DNA from: Pelagomonas calceolata
Lineage: Eukaryota
DNA: 64,000 nt
Assembly (NCBI GenBank): GCA_918797485.1
Contig: CAKKNE010000005.1
Coordinates: 806,001 to 870,000, forward strand
Reading direction: 5' to 3'
The stretch's first letter is position 1, and each line of letters opens with the position of its first letter. Of the stretch, positions 1-13,029 are shown in pieces. The translations under genes and the position numbers were made by a program. Below the pieces are notes generated by a model. The model was given only the letters and a program-made list of their open reading frames with translations. It was not told the DNA's origin and did not search any database.

Positions 1-891
1 TATAAAACACCTAGACTCGCTTCATTATGCAGTCAAGCGCTAGGTAACGTGCAAATCGACGAGTCGTACGACGACGTCTTACCATCTTCATTGGCGGAGG
101 ATTTCGAAACGCTAGTGAACAAGGGGGACTTCACGGACGTGACCGTGAAGGCGTCGAAGGGTCAAGTCCGGGCGCACCGGCCCGTGCTTGCAGCTAGGTC
201 TGACTACTTCCGGGCGATGTTCCGGAGTGGCATGCGGGAATCTATAGATGACGGCTTCCAAGCGAAGCAGCGTTGTAGAGTGGAGGTCTGCGTGCCGGAT
301 GATGATGATGACGTTTCTAGGTTGTTTCGAGCCGTGTATTCCTCGAAACTACCTTTAGGAGATGGTGATCGATTCTTGCGAGACGTCGTGGCCGCGGATA
401 GATACGGCTTGGAGGATGTGCGAAGGCTCGGCGAGGCGGGCTGCGCCACGTCTGATTCTGCGGATCGGTCGGTCGTATTACAGACGGCTTCTCGCATTGG
501 CGCGGCGAACTTGTATTCGGATCAATTAGGTAAAGCTTGTACGGACATCGCGGATTTAAACATCAAGGAGTTGGGCACGGATGTCCTGGAGGATCTGATG
601 ACGACGATAGCGTCCCAACGACCGCATCTGTTGAGGCCGGCGGCGCCGCCGGAACCACCATATGATCCAGATAAAGTGATATCGACACCAATAGCGGCCG
701 GCAATTTATCGTGGAAGCATTCGGTCGCCATGACCCTCGCGGCCATGGTGACGTTCATCGCCCAGTCGGCTTATAGATTCCGGCAGACGGCGTCGATGGT
801 CATCAACGGGATCTTCCTGGTTTTTGTCTTGTGGCTGTACCGGGACTCGGCGCGGCGCGAGGCTGCCAAAGCGCGTAAGAAGAAGGTGTAG
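1..891 (+). CDS. BTB/POZ-domain protein with C-terminal hydrophobic segments (5' partial)
   Basis: BTB signature 'FTDVTVK...VRAHRPVLAARSDYFRAMFRSGMRES...AADRYGL'. The frame stays open back to base 1. Two hydrophobic helices near the C-terminus. Confidence 0.8.
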   Translation, partial: YKTPRLASLCSQALGNVQIDESYDDVLPSSLAEDFETLVNKGDFTDVTVKASKGQVRAHRPVLAARSDYFRAMFRSGMRESIDDGFQAKQRCRVEVCVPDDDDDVSRLFRAVYSSKLPLGDGDRFLRDVVAADRYGLEDVRRLGEAGCATSDSADRSVVLQTASRIGAANLYSDQLGKACTDIADLNIKELGTDVLEDLMTTIASQRPHLLRPAAPPEPPYDPDKVISTPIAAGNLSWKHSVAMTLAAMVTFIAQSAYRFRQTASMVINGIFLVFVLWLYRDSARREAAKARKKKV

Positions 892-977
892 TTGCAATTC
901 GATGTGGTGGGGATTGCCGACGCGGGTAATCGACGGGATATGTTACGGGAGGCCGCGGCGCACGAGGATTGCGCGGC

Positions 978-996
978 GAGAGAGAGAGAGAGAGAG
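978..996. repeat. (GA)n microsatellite
   Basis: gagagagagagagagagag read directly. Confidence 0.9.
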
Positions 997-1049
997 TCGC
1001 TTATTGAACCCGCCCCCAGGTAGTACGGACCCCGGAACGCTGGCGAAGG

Positions 1050-1071
1050 CTAGCGGCGTGTAAGATACTAG
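1050..1071 (-). promoter_or_regulatory. CTAG-bounded intergenic motif copy
   Basis: ctagcggcgtgtaagatactag (reverse complement CTAGTATCTTACACGCCGCTAG), about 130 bp upstream of ATG 1202. Regulatory role is inferred. Confidence 0.5.
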
Positions 1072-1201
1072 GAAGCCACACAAGCCGGGCCGCGGCCGAT
1101 AATCCGTGCTACCGGTGCTCACGAATCTCGCGCGGTATTGATTCGAGGAGTTCTGGGCCTGGTCGAGGCCCACGTGCTGCGAATTGCATTCGTTCGGGGC
1201 A

Positions 1202-2248
1202 ATGACGACACATACACCTACTACTCCAGCCTCGCCTCTGCTGGCACTACCAGACGACGTCCTGCAGCGCGTGCTGGTCGGCGTGCCCCTCGATGATCAC
1301 TACACGACCGCCTTGGTCTGTCGAACCTTCCGCGCCGTCGTAACGAGCCCGCAGTTTCATGCCGTCCGCCGACGGTCCGGCTTCGCGGAGCGCGGCATCG
1401 TCAGCGTCGGATCCGCAGATACCCTCGGTGGGAGCAGGATTCGCATCGTAAATAAAAGCGGGGTGGTGGCGAGGATCGCGGGACCTCTCCACGTCGATAG
1501 ATTTGCCTCGACGACCGACGGTGCCCGGCTGTTTTTTACCACCCTTTGCTATGGGAAAGGTTGTGATGTAGTTTTGGCGGTGGATGCCTCTTCACGCCGA
1601 TGGCGCCAGTTCACAACCTTGCCGCATACTGATACCGAGCATACTGATACCGAGCAACGCTATCATTGCATCGAGTGGCACAATGGTTGCTTGTACGTCG
1701 CTGGCGGCTGGCGTGGCGCGTCGTTCCCCGGTGGTAATGTCGATTCTCTTGACGTGTTCACCGAAGCAACTGGGTCGTGGGCGAATTTGCCTCCTATGCC
1801 GCATGCCGCTGCGATGGCGGCCTCGGGTATCATTGGCAACCAGCTTTTTGTCGCCGGTGGCTACCAGTTACGGACGTTGCAGGTTTATGACATTGCCACC
1901 AGGACGTGGACTTTGCGCGCTCAGCTTCCCGAGGCGCGAGCATACGGCACACATGGTGTTGTCTTGGACGGGAAACTATTTCTGATACACCAGCATTCCC
2001 GTACGTTGGTGTACGATCCTCAGTCAGACAGGTGGACCGCGGAGAAGTACCATACCCCATGGAACTGGGGCGATGACGAACATCAGTTTCATGCCTGCGT
2101 CCACGAGGGCCAGATCGTGGTCTTCTTAATGGACGGCTCGGCATTCAAGCGCGCCGCCGACGGCTCGTGGTCCTCGTACAGACCGCGTGGTCACTATCAG
2201 ATTAGGGACGAGGACACCATCGTCTGCGAGTCCGTCCTCCTCGGCTAG
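1202..2248 (+). CDS. F-box/kelch-repeat protein
   Basis: N-terminal 'LLALPDDVLQRVL...LVCRTFR' F-box; kelch repeats 'LYVAGG...W...PPMP', 'LFVAGG...VYD...W', 'VYDPQSDRW'. Contains a 15-bp tandem duplication at 1625-1654. Confidence 0.85.
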   Translation: MTTHTPTTPASPLLALPDDVLQRVLVGVPLDDHYTTALVCRTFRAVVTSPQFHAVRRRSGFAERGIVSVGSADTLGGSRIRIVNKSGVVARIAGPLHVDRFASTTDGARLFFTTLCYGKGCDVVLAVDASSRRWRQFTTLPHTDTEHTDTEQRYHCIEWHNGCLYVAGGWRGASFPGGNVDSLDVFTEATGSWANLPPMPHAAAMAASGIIGNQLFVAGGYQLRTLQVYDIATRTWTLRAQLPEARAYGTHGVVLDGKLFLIHQHSRTLVYDPQSDRWTAEKYHTPWNWGDDEHQFHACVHEGQIVVFLMDGSAFKRAADGSWSSYRPRGHYQIRDEDTIVCESVLLG

Positions 2249-2270
2249 AGACAGGGTAAGAAAACTAAAA

Positions 2271-3983
2271 TTAATCGGCGTACTCCCCCACCGCACAATC
2301 TTCAAAACCCGGCGCCGCCGGCGCGCAGTAGTTGTCGCAGTGCCGCCCCAGCCGCCCGCGCCGCGCGCAGATGTGGCAGCACAAACCGGCGAGGATGCCG
2401 AGGGCGTGGTCCCCTATTTTAACAACTTCCACCGGTGAAGGTCTATCGACGTCCTCATTCGACCACTGATTCGTGAGATAAGTACCGGCCGTCGAATCGT
2501 CGACGCGCGTGCCTCCCCTTTTACCCCTTTCATCATAAGGGTACGACGTCTCGCCCTTGCGCAGATAGCAACACGACCCGTACCGCAACTCGTCGTCCAA
2601 CTCTAAAGTTTTTTTAGCCCCATATCCATCGAGCTCCCGTCGCACCCACGCGCCCCGCTGGGTCCCGAAGACCAGCAAGTGCCAGGGGTCCCGTCGAGGC
2701 TCATATGCAGATGGTAGCTGATACTCCTCCTTCCGCACCACGGCCGCCTGGGACTCCAAATCTCTCAAAACTTCCTCCGAGACGTCTTCTGGTAAGTTAT
2801 TTCCATAGGCCGGGGGATCAAAAGCTTTCCGCAGAAAGTCCACGTCCTGCGCTCGTGGTATGGCGTTCAGTCTATGAGGCGTCAAGATGGACATCTTGCC
2901 GCCCTTCCAGGCCCCGCCCTTCTCACTGCTTTTCAGGACTTGGTAGAGCTTGTGCCTATGTCTAGGACGTATATGTAAAATTTGATCAGCTTCCGTGTAG
3001 TGCACAAAATCCAAAGATCGCCACAAAGCCGTCGATTCGTTCGTCCACCGCCGCTGGATCTCTCGGATCGTCGCGACTCCTAGGAAGGACGGCTTATTCA
3101 CAGGCAGATGGTCCACCCACAGCACGTCGTCAATGATCGGCAATCCGACACCTTTCTCGAGGTAAGCGCGATCCCGCGGGTCCAAGGCACTGACCGCGAC
3201 GGCCCCGAAGTGGCATCTTATCGACCGTATCGTGATGTTGAGATACAACGCTTTCGATTCATAACGCGTATGCCCGCTCCCAAGCCCGTGCATCGGATCA
3301 ATATCAGCATGACCGTCGTGGCCGGCCTTGCCCGCCGCATAAAAAGGCATGACGCCGACCGTTCTTTCGGCATCGGTGAACCGCTTCTGACGCCTCAACG
3401 CCGGGTCGTCCCCTCCACATCGTTCTTTGAGGCGTTTCTCGTATTTCGCGAGGTTGTCGACGAAGGTCCCATACAAGACATCCCCCAGCGCCGAGCCCTT
3501 GTCCTTACCGGACTTAGAGGCATGCATCATCCGCTCGTACATCGACAGGTGTTCCACGGCATAATCAAACGCGTCGACCGTCCGCCACACGTCGTACGCT
3601 CCCCTATGACCCATCATGTGATACGACGCGGACTCCATGTTCGTGTTCCTGCGCCTCATGCGATTCGGCGTCACGGCGTTGTCGACGACCTGCAGCCGCG
3701 ACGCGAGGAACGCGGCGGAGTAGGACGGGCAGGGCGTGCCGATCTGGCAGGGGTACAGGCCGTGGAAGCGGTCGTGGGTTATTGCCGTTTGTTTGGTTGC
3801 GGCAACGTCGTGTACGAGCCACGGTTCGCTCGCGTCGGCGCCGTCGTGCTGCTCCAATGGAACGCTTTCTTTTCTGTTGTTGCTCTTGCCGAACCAGGCC
3901 TTGGCTTTTAGCTCGCGCCGCTGCTGTGCGGCCGCCAGGCTGAGGCAGCACAGCAGTGCTCTGCGAGGCATCGCTGCCGTCAT
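2271..3983 (-). CDS. secreted uncharacterised protein (possible glycosyltransferase-like 'YTEADQ' motif)
   Basis: 570-aa ORF with signal peptide 'RRALLCCLSLAAA' and Cys-rich tail; function is a guess. Confidence 0.55.
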   Translation of the reverse strand: MTAAMPRRALLCCLSLAAAQQRRELKAKAWFGKSNNRKESVPLEQHDGADASEPWLVHDVAATKQTAITHDRFHGLYPCQIGTPCPSYSAAFLASRLQVVDNAVTPNRMRRRNTNMESASYHMMGHRGAYDVWRTVDAFDYAVEHLSMYERMMHASKSGKDKGSALGDVLYGTFVDNLAKYEKRLKERCGGDDPALRRQKRFTDAERTVGVMPFYAAGKAGHDGHADIDPMHGLGSGHTRYESKALYLNITIRSIRCHFGAVAVSALDPRDRAYLEKGVGLPIIDDVLWVDHLPVNKPSFLGVATIREIQRRWTNESTALWRSLDFVHYTEADQILHIRPRHRHKLYQVLKSSEKGGAWKGGKMSILTPHRLNAIPRAQDVDFLRKAFDPPAYGNNLPEDVSEEVLRDLESQAAVVRKEEYQLPSAYEPRRDPWHLLVFGTQRGAWVRRELDGYGAKKTLELDDELRYGSCCYLRKGETSYPYDERGKRGGTRVDDSTAGTYLTNQWSNEDVDRPSPVEVVKIGDHALGILAGLCCHICARRGRLGRHCDNYCAPAAPGFEDCAVGEYAD

Positions 3984-4397
3984 CGATGCCAGCAGCCGGT
4001 CTTGCGCGTCAGTTACGTGTCAGAGAGATGCATACTTAGCGTGAGCATCGATCGATGCGGCTACGATTGCGTGCCTCGATTTTTTTGCAGATTATCTAAG
4101 CGATTGACACACTAGAATTCGGGGGTCGAGAGGCCTGAGCACTCTCAAGAGCCCTGCGTCGCACGACTGGGTCGTCCGAGCCAGGCAAGCGGTCGCCTAG
4201 AATTTGCGCCCAGGCCAAACTGTGGCAGGAGCCGCACCGGGTGCGACGGTGCGACTCGACCTGTGCGGAGGCTGCAGGCCGGTCCGGCGGTACGCGGGCA
4301 CCGCGCAGACCACCGGGGGTGGAGCCACCGATTGCGACGCCGAACGAGCGCGGTGGGCAGCCCCTAATAAGCTGCCCACTGGCACCAACTGCGAAGC

Positions 4398-7361
4398 ATG
4401 AGCGGCCTCGGCCCCCACGCCACGGAGTTCAGCCCCGCCGGACAACACGACGACTACGACGACGATTTTGATGACGACAGCTTCGAAGATGACGCACCGG
4501 CACAACTGAGCCCCATCAGCGAGGCCGTGCCGCCGAGCACGCCCATGTCGCCGCGCGACGAGGCGTCGCTCGACGCGCGGGAAGAGTTCATCCGACGCTG
4601 GCGCGCGAAGGAGGCCGAGGCCGACGCGGGCATGCGCGTCGTCGATCAATCGAGGAAGCCCATCGACCGTACCAGATTGCCGCCGGCACCGGTTCCAGAG
4701 CACATGCACATCGAGGGCGGCGACGCCGCCGCGGCCCGCGAGGAAGCGAGGCAGCTGCGGGACCAGCTGTCGCTCATTCGAAAGGAGTCTGTTGTGCATC
4801 CCAATCAGGTAGACGAGTCGCCGAGGGTGGCGCAATTGTTGAGGGAGAAGGAGACTTTGTTGGAGGAGGTCGCGGCGCGCGACCGAACGGTAGCTTCTCT
4901 GGAAAACCAATTGGGCGATTCCGAGAAGAAGGTCGTGTTCTTGGAGCGGCACCTGTCGAAGCTCGACCACGCGCTTGAGTCGCTGCATCGCGACGCCGAA
5001 TCGAATGCTTCGGAGCACGAGGCCGACGCCGACGCGGCGTCTGCGGCGTCGCCGGTTCTAGAGAAGGAGCCGGTGCAAACGTCTGAGGTCTCTCTCGTGG
5101 CGCGCGACGAGCTTGACATCGCGCGCGCGGCGTTGCAAGGTGCGGAAGCCAGGGAGAAGGAAGTGCGGGATGAACGGGATAAAGCACTCCAAAGATGTGA
5201 ACTGCTCCTGGAAGAAAAAAGGGAGCTCGAGACGAAGGTGATCAACGCGCGCAAAAGAGCAGAAGAGGCCGTCGAGGCGAGGATTGTGGACGCCGTGAAC
5301 GCGCGCGTGAAGGGCGAGTCGACGGCCGTGGCCGACGAGCGGGTGGCGATGCTTTCGGAAGAATTGGATCGCGCTCGAAGTGATGCGGTCGTGTATGCTG
5401 CGGCTGCAGCTAGGGACGCGGCGCGGGATGGGGTTGAATTAAGGGACGCGAACGACGCGCTGGAGGAGAAGCTCGAGGCGTCTTTACGGTTACAGGCCAT
5501 GGCCGAGGCCCGGGCGGAGACGGCGGCCGAGGCCCTCGAAAGTTTACGTATGTCCAGTAGGCAGGTCAAGGAAGCGGACGATCAGCGTATAGAGGAGCTC
5601 GAGGAGCGTTTGGCGGTCGCCGAGGGTTTACATGCTGATGCGTCGAGGCAAGTGACGGAGAAGAGCCAGGAGGTCGAGAAGGTGCATAGTACCTCCAAAG
5701 CTCTTGGAGACGAGGCCGACGACACGCGTAAGGAACTCGAGGACGTCGTAAAGGAGAAGAACGACTTGCGGAGGCGCGTCGTCGAGGCGGAGCAGGCGTC
5801 GCTCGATTCGCGACGAGTGTTGGAAGCTCAAGTTCAAAAGCTCGAGGCCCAATTGTCCCAAAGTGAAGCGCGCGTTTTGTCTCTCGAGAAAGATGTGGCG
5901 GAGCAGGCCGTGGCGCGGCTCGAAGCGTTACCGGAGACGGCGGGCGCCGTCCAAGCTGCGCATCAAGATAGATTGGCGGCCGCGGCATTACGAGCGGAGG
6001 CGGCAGCCGACCGCGCGCTGGCCCAGCAGGCGCGGAGCGACGCCGCGGCGGCGCGTAGCGATGCGGCACAGGACGCGCCCTCGCCCAAACTTTTGGAGCC
6101 GCGCGGCTACGACGTCGTCGAGGCGGCAGTAGCTCCAGAGAACGCGGCTTCCCGCGACGATGCGATTATGCGAGCGGCTGCCCCGACGCTTGCCTTGGGC
6201 GCCGCGTGGGCGCAGACGGCGGGCCTTGCGCGCGCGGCCCGCGACGACCGAGCCGCCGCCGCGGCGCAGCGGGAGGCGGCGGACCGCGACCGCGCGGCCG
6301 CCGCGCGCGACCGTTCCGAAGCGGCGAAGGAGCTCGCTGCTGTTCGTTGCCGGCGTCCGAATCACGGGTATCGTGTGAACTGTGACGTCTACTCCACCTC
6401 CACGCCCTCGACGCGACCCATTCTCACGACGCAGGCGCAAATGGAACGATCGGACGCGGCGGAGCGCGGGCGCCAGGACGCCCAGACTGCTCAAGACGAC
6501 GTCCGGAAGCTCGCGAGGCGCATCGTCGGCCGCGTCATGCGACGGCATCAACAACATGCGCTGCGCAGCGTCTTCGACGCCCTGCGCCCGCAGAGAATCG
6601 ACGGCCGACGGTGGGCCGTGCTGGGCGTGGCGATCGCGGAACAAGGTAGAAGAGGCCGGCGGGCGACGCTGCGGCGCGCCTGGCGGTCTCTCTTAATAGA
6701 TAAGCCGCCGGAGATCGAGGTCGCCGACCTGGCGGACCCTGAAGAAAGGAAGCGGCGCGTCGACGCCGCCGCGCGACGGGCGTCCAAGGCCGCAGAAGCG
6801 GCGGCGGCGGCGCGCGGCGACCTCGAAGGCCTGAACCGCGAGGAGCCGGACGCGTCGAAGGCCATCGTCTTCCAGCGGTCGAAGGACGCGCCGGGCGGTG
6901 TCGTCGGCGTGGACGGCCAGGCGATCTGCTCGGCGTTTCAGTTCGGTGGTTGTGCCCATCAGTCGCAGACTGGGTTGGTGGTGCATCAGAAGCCGGACGG
7001 CTCGACGCAGTGGCTTTGGCACGCTTGCGTTGCATGTGCACGGGCGTCGGGCCAATTGCGGACGCACGCCCGGTTCGGCGACATCCGGTCCTGTCCCCTC
7101 TCGGCGGACGTCGCGGTTCCATGTAAAACGAAGCCGCTCGGCGAGTCGAACAAGGACGTGCAGGACACGCTGTCGAAGCATCGGGAGGACATGATCCGTA
7201 GGTATGCGGGGGAACGGGACGACCTGATGGCTGCGCTCGGCGCGGCGCTCACCAACCTCCATTCGATCGGCGCTTCCTACCCGCGATGGATCTGGGAGAG
7301 GTACGAGCGCCACAGGACATCAGCTGGGGCTTGGACGTATACGAGTAAGAGTGGGGTTTAG
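4398..7361 (+). CDS. long coiled-coil protein with C-terminal Cys/His cluster; probable 93-nt intron 6342-6434
   Basis: E/A/R/L heptad-rich 987-aa ORF. An out-of-character in-frame segment is bounded by GT(6342)...CGCAG(6434) and carries the intron core motif. The cluster 'CSAFQFGGCAH...WHACVAC...H...C' is near the C-terminus. Confidence 0.7.
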   Translation: MSGLGPHATEFSPAGQHDDYDDDFDDDSFEDDAPAQLSPISEAVPPSTPMSPRDEASLDAREEFIRRWRAKEAEADAGMRVVDQSRKPIDRTRLPPAPVPEHMHIEGGDAAAAREEARQLRDQLSLIRKESVVHPNQVDESPRVAQLLREKETLLEEVAARDRTVASLENQLGDSEKKVVFLERHLSKLDHALESLHRDAESNASEHEADADAASAASPVLEKEPVQTSEVSLVARDELDIARAALQGAEAREKEVRDERDKALQRCELLLEEKRELETKVINARKRAEEAVEARIVDAVNARVKGESTAVADERVAMLSEELDRARSDAVVYAAAAARDAARDGVELRDANDALEEKLEASLRLQAMAEARAETAAEALESLRMSSRQVKEADDQRIEELEERLAVAEGLHADASRQVTEKSQEVEKVHSTSKALGDEADDTRKELEDVVKEKNDLRRRVVEAEQASLDSRRVLEAQVQKLEAQLSQSEARVLSLEKDVAEQAVARLEALPETAGAVQAAHQDRLAAAALRAEAAADRALAQQARSDAAAARSDAAQDAPSPKLLEPRGYDVVEAAVAPENAASRDDAIMRAAAPTLALGAAWAQTAGLARAARDDRAAAAAQREAADRDRAAAARDRSEAAKELAAVRCRRPNHGYRVNCDVYSTSTPSTRPILTTQAQMERSDAAERGRQDAQTAQDDVRKLARRIVGRVMRRHQQHALRSVFDALRPQRIDGRRWAVLGVAIAEQGRRGRRATLRRAWRSLLIDKPPEIEVADLADPEERKRRVDAAARRASKAAEAAAAARGDLEGLNREEPDASKAIVFQRSKDAPGGVVGVDGQAICSAFQFGGCAHQSQTGLVVHQKPDGSTQWLWHACVACARASGQLRTHARFGDIRSCPLSADVAVPCKTKPLGESNKDVQDTLSKHREDMIRRYAGERDDLMAALGAALTNLHSIGASYPRWIWERYERHRTSAGAWTYTSKSGV

Positions 7362-7365
7362 TAAA

Positions 7366-7394
7366 TCTTCTTAGGTCTTCTTAGGTCTTCTTAG
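7366..7394. repeat. 10-bp tandem repeat (TCTTCTTAGG x ~3) between convergent stop codons
   Basis: read directly. Confidence 0.8.
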
Positions 7395-8011
7395 TGCGTA
7401 TTGTGCTTGTTGACGGCGTAGTATGAGGTGCGCAATTCCTTGCGCTGCTTCTTGGCCGCGCGGTATTCGTCGAGATCGTCGAACTCGCGGCCGGGGAACA
7501 TGTGGCTGTCGATCCACTTGCCGTTTTTTTTCTGCTGGGCCGACCCCTCAACACACTTGTCGCGTCGAGATGGCCCGTCGCAGACGGAGGCCGTGGCCGC
7601 GACGCGTCGAGCCTCGAACCGGCGCGCGGGCGAGGACGCCTTCGATCGGTCGTTGATGAGGTACGAGACTTCGGACTGGTAGAGACCGAACGCCTTCGCT
7701 GCGTCTTTCTGGGTGCCGAAGCGCCGCCACGACGCGTCGCCGATGCGGCGCATCAGGATGACTGTCTTTTCCCCCTTTCCCGGCCCGGGCCGCCGCCGCA
7801 GCGCCGCAACCTGTAATTGGGCGGCTGTCCTCGGCTTTTTCGGCTCCGAGCCATCGCCGGGCCCCCAACTCAGGTCGCGTTGTTTCGGTCTCGCGCGTAG
7901 ACCGGCCCTTCGGGTCGGGGCCTCGGCCGGGGCGTCGGAGTCGCCGTCAACCGAGTGCAGGTCGCCGTCATCATCAAGTTCTAGGAGCACGTGTTTCGGC
8001 GGCCGCATCAT
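7391..8011 (-). CDS. small basic protein with helix-turn-helix-like segment
   Basis: 'WRRFGTQKDAAKAFGLYQSEVSYLIN' resembles an HTH; K/R-rich. Confidence 0.5.
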   Translation of the reverse strand: MMRPPKHVLLELDDDGDLHSVDGDSDAPAEAPTRRAGLRARPKQRDLSWGPGDGSEPKKPRTAAQLQVAALRRRPGPGKGEKTVILMRRIGDASWRRFGTQKDAAKAFGLYQSEVSYLINDRSKASSPARRFEARRVAATASVCDGPSRRDKCVEGSAQQKKNGKWIDSHMFPGREFDDLDEYRAAKKQRKELRTSYYAVNKHNTH

Positions 8012-8323
8012 GGTCAGCCCTTGCTGGTCTTAAGGCGCCCGACGCGGCGCGCGCTTTTTTGAACTGAGCCTGGCTGTATGTATTTAATTTCAGTCCTCGC
8101 GACGTGCGCCGCGGCCACGGCTCGTGGATGATATGAGACGCGTCGTGCTAGGCACACGTACTCGGGGCCTGGCGTGGTCCGCGGAGCGCGGCGCGGCCGC
8201 TGCAAAGCATGAAAACCCGTCCTCGACCTCAATGCGGCCTAGTCTCGACGCAGGGTGGTGGCGATCGACAAAAGAAAAGTCGGATCGCCACCCCGTCTCG
8301 ACGAGGACGAGACTAAACGACCC

Positions 8324-10659
<2,336 letters not shown>

Positions 10660-10920
10660 TCAACCTTTGTGTGTTGCGCTTGGTGCGCGGCGGCGCGGCG
10701 CGCGCGTCGGGCGGCTGGCGGCGTGCGGGCGCCGCAGTCTGCCGCGCGCGGCGGCCGGCGAGGCTGGGGCACCTCCTCAGGTACTGCTCCGCGGGGCGGC
10801 GGGGCGAGCGCTGCGGGACGACGCAAGCTTTGCGTGGCTGGCAGAGTTGCGCACGCCTGTCAGTCAGCTCTGAGGTGCGCTGCGTCGCTCTTGCGGCGGG
10901 GGTCGAGTCCCTGCTTTTTT

Positions 10921-10942
10921 CTAGTGTCTTACACGACGCTAG
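10921..10942 (+). promoter_or_regulatory. CTAG-bounded intergenic motif copy
   Basis: ctagtgtcttacacgacgctag between divergent genes. Confidence 0.55.
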
Positions 10943-11144
10943 TTATCGAGACCGGCGCCGGGCCTTTTTTTGAATCTGTAGCGCAACATAGGGTCGCTCA
11001 AGTCATCCTGAAGGTCGAAGATCGCCATCGCACTGCTCCAGCGCCGACGGCTGCGAGACAGACCGAGAAACCGGCCCGCAAACAACCGGAGAGCCCAAGC
11101 CGCGCGAACGCTGCCTGAGCCGACTGTCACGCAAGGAATCAGCC

Positions 11145-12188
11145 ATGCCGCGCCGCAAGGGTGATGACCTAGACGATTTCATCGTCCCGGACGACGAAGT
11201 CGAGGAGTCCGAGGACAGCGACGCCGCGTCGTCGTCGGACGACGACGACGCGCCGCCGCGCCTCTGCGAGAAGGAGTCCTCGTCCTCAGAAGACGAGGCG
11301 CCGCGCCGACGGAAAGCGCCTATTTCGAGACGCGCCGTCCAATCCTCGTCGTCGGAGTCGGAGGACGATAGCGACGACGACGGTGGTATTCCCGCGGGCT
11401 ACCTGTACTGCGCGCTCTGTGCGAAACCTGTGGTGGCGGACAGCTTCAGCGCGAAGCAGAAGAAGCTTTATAACCAAGGCGAGGAGGCTTATTGCTTACT
11501 TCATTCGCAGGGCGACCACCGCTTGTACATCGAACAGCTCGAGTTGACGGCAGCTCGAAATGTGGACGGAGAGGACGAGTGCGAGGTCGAAACTTCTCAG
11601 CAGCGGTCGAAGCGCACGTTCAAGGCGTCTATAAGGGACGAGCAGCAAGGCAAGTGGTACACGCGGCCTCGGGCCGAGGAACGCCAGGCGCAGCTCGTCG
11701 ATCTCGACGAGGCCGAGCAGTACCGGAGGGACCGGCAGGAGTGCGGTGGTAGACGTAGCTTCGGCGGCGCGAACGCGTCTCAACAAAGACTGCAGGAGAT
11801 GATCTCGCGGATCGAAGAGGAAGAGGCGTCTTCATCAGATTCGTCGCTCGAGGTCCTGCCGCCCAAGAGGCCTCCCAAGAAGCCGCGGCCCTCGACGTCC
11901 AAGAAGCGGCGCGGCGACGACGACGTGAAGCCGGTCAAGCCCGCGGCGCGGCGCCGCACCATCGCGGAGAGCTCGGACGACGAGGGACCGCCGCCCGTGA
12001 AACCGGCGGCGCGGCGGCGCACGATCGCGGAGAGCAGCGACGACGACGACGACGACGCCATCCTACAAAGCTTCGTGGCCTCGGGCCAGAAGTCGCGACG
12101 GCGCTCGGCGGAGCTGGGCATCACTAAGCCCAAAAAGCGCCGGCGAGTCATCGCGGACGAGGACGACGACGTGATAGAGATCGAGTAA
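11145..12188 (+). CDS. acidic/basic low-complexity nuclear protein with a small zinc-finger-like module
   Basis: 'CALCAKPVVADSFSAKQKK...YCLLH' (Stc1-like spacing); duplicated peptide 'VKPAARRRTIAESSDD'; NLS-like K/R clusters. Confidence 0.6.
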   Translation: MPRRKGDDLDDFIVPDDEVEESEDSDAASSSDDDDAPPRLCEKESSSSEDEAPRRRKAPISRRAVQSSSSESEDDSDDDGGIPAGYLYCALCAKPVVADSFSAKQKKLYNQGEEAYCLLHSQGDHRLYIEQLELTAARNVDGEDECEVETSQQRSKRTFKASIRDEQQGKWYTRPRAEERQAQLVDLDEAEQYRRDRQECGGRRSFGGANASQQRLQEMISRIEEEEASSSDSSLEVLPPKRPPKKPRPSTSKKRRGDDDVKPVKPAARRRTIAESSDDEGPPPVKPAARRRTIAESSDDDDDDAILQSFVASGQKSRRRSAELGITKPKKRRRVIADEDDDVIEIE

Positions 12189-12265
12189 GTACAGAAATGG
12201 GATCGTTAGTGGTGGTAGTACCCGGAGACAACGTCGCGTCGATGGCGTGGGGCGCCCGGCAAGTA

Positions 12266-12879
12266 CTAGCGCGCGGACACTGCCGCCCAATACAGCACCA
12301 ACGCCGCGCACGTAACCGCGACGAGCGCCGCCGGCCGCGCCGCGACCGCATCAGAAGTATCAGCCCCCAACGCCGCCGCGCAGTCGAGCTCGACGCAGAC
12401 CAGGTCCCCGTCGCTCGCGTGGATCGCCGCCGCCTCGTACAAACACTCGACGTAGGGATAGTACTTCTCGGCGCAGACCTGGACCATGGCCGTGTTTGCG
12501 CAGGACGCCGCGAACTCTATTGAACCTTGGATCTCGCCGCACGTGGCGAGCGTTCCGTCGTCCGTGGATGACTGGCGGTCGTCGTCGCGACCCCTAAAAA
12601 AGTCATCATCAAAAGTGATCCCAAAATCGATGGCGCAGACGGCCCACTCCACCGCCAGGTCCTCGCATCTTTGAGAAATGCGGTGCCAGTCGCTCGCGTA
12701 GGAGTACGAGTACTCTGTTTGACCGGGATAATAATCGTTCGTCGCGCCTTCGATCCTACCTTCGATGGTATCATCATCGTAGCACGGCGCCTTCGCTCGA
12801 CAGGCCGACGAGTCGAGCGTCGCGAGGCCCTTGGCTACCAAGTAGTCCTTGAGTTCGCGGTCGGCGCACACTCCGGTGC
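12266..12879 (-). CDS. 3' exon of a Cys-rich membrane/GPI-anchored protein; 5' part not identifiable
   Basis: The open frame begins right after the CACACAG acceptor supplied by the element at 12880; hydrophobic C-terminus. Confidence 0.5.
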
Positions 12880-12936
12880 CTGTGTGGTAATCAAACTATC
12901 ACGGCGCCGACGGCCACGTCGGGCGCATTGGTTGAT
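12880..12936. mobile_element. truncated/degenerate introner-type TIR element
   Basis: ctgtgtggtaatcaaactatcacggcgcc matches the start of the 44401 copy; gcattggttgat matches its subterminal end; the right TIR is cut short. Confidence 0.65.
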
Positions 12937-13021
12937 CTGCGGGCCGCCGCCCATGATCAAGAGCGCCATCGCCAAGCTCGAGGCCCTGGGCCACGACCCG
13001 TCGCACGTCCTCTGCTTCTAG
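12935..13021 (+). pseudogene. orphan C-terminal fragment of an FNR-family reductase (cytochrome b5 reductase/nitrate reductase-like)
   Basis: 'ICGPPPMIKSAIAKLEALGHDPSHVLCF*' carries the CGPPPM NAD-binding motif and a terminal Phe; no upstream coding part is visible. Confidence 0.65.
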
Positions 13022-13029
13022 GATGGACA

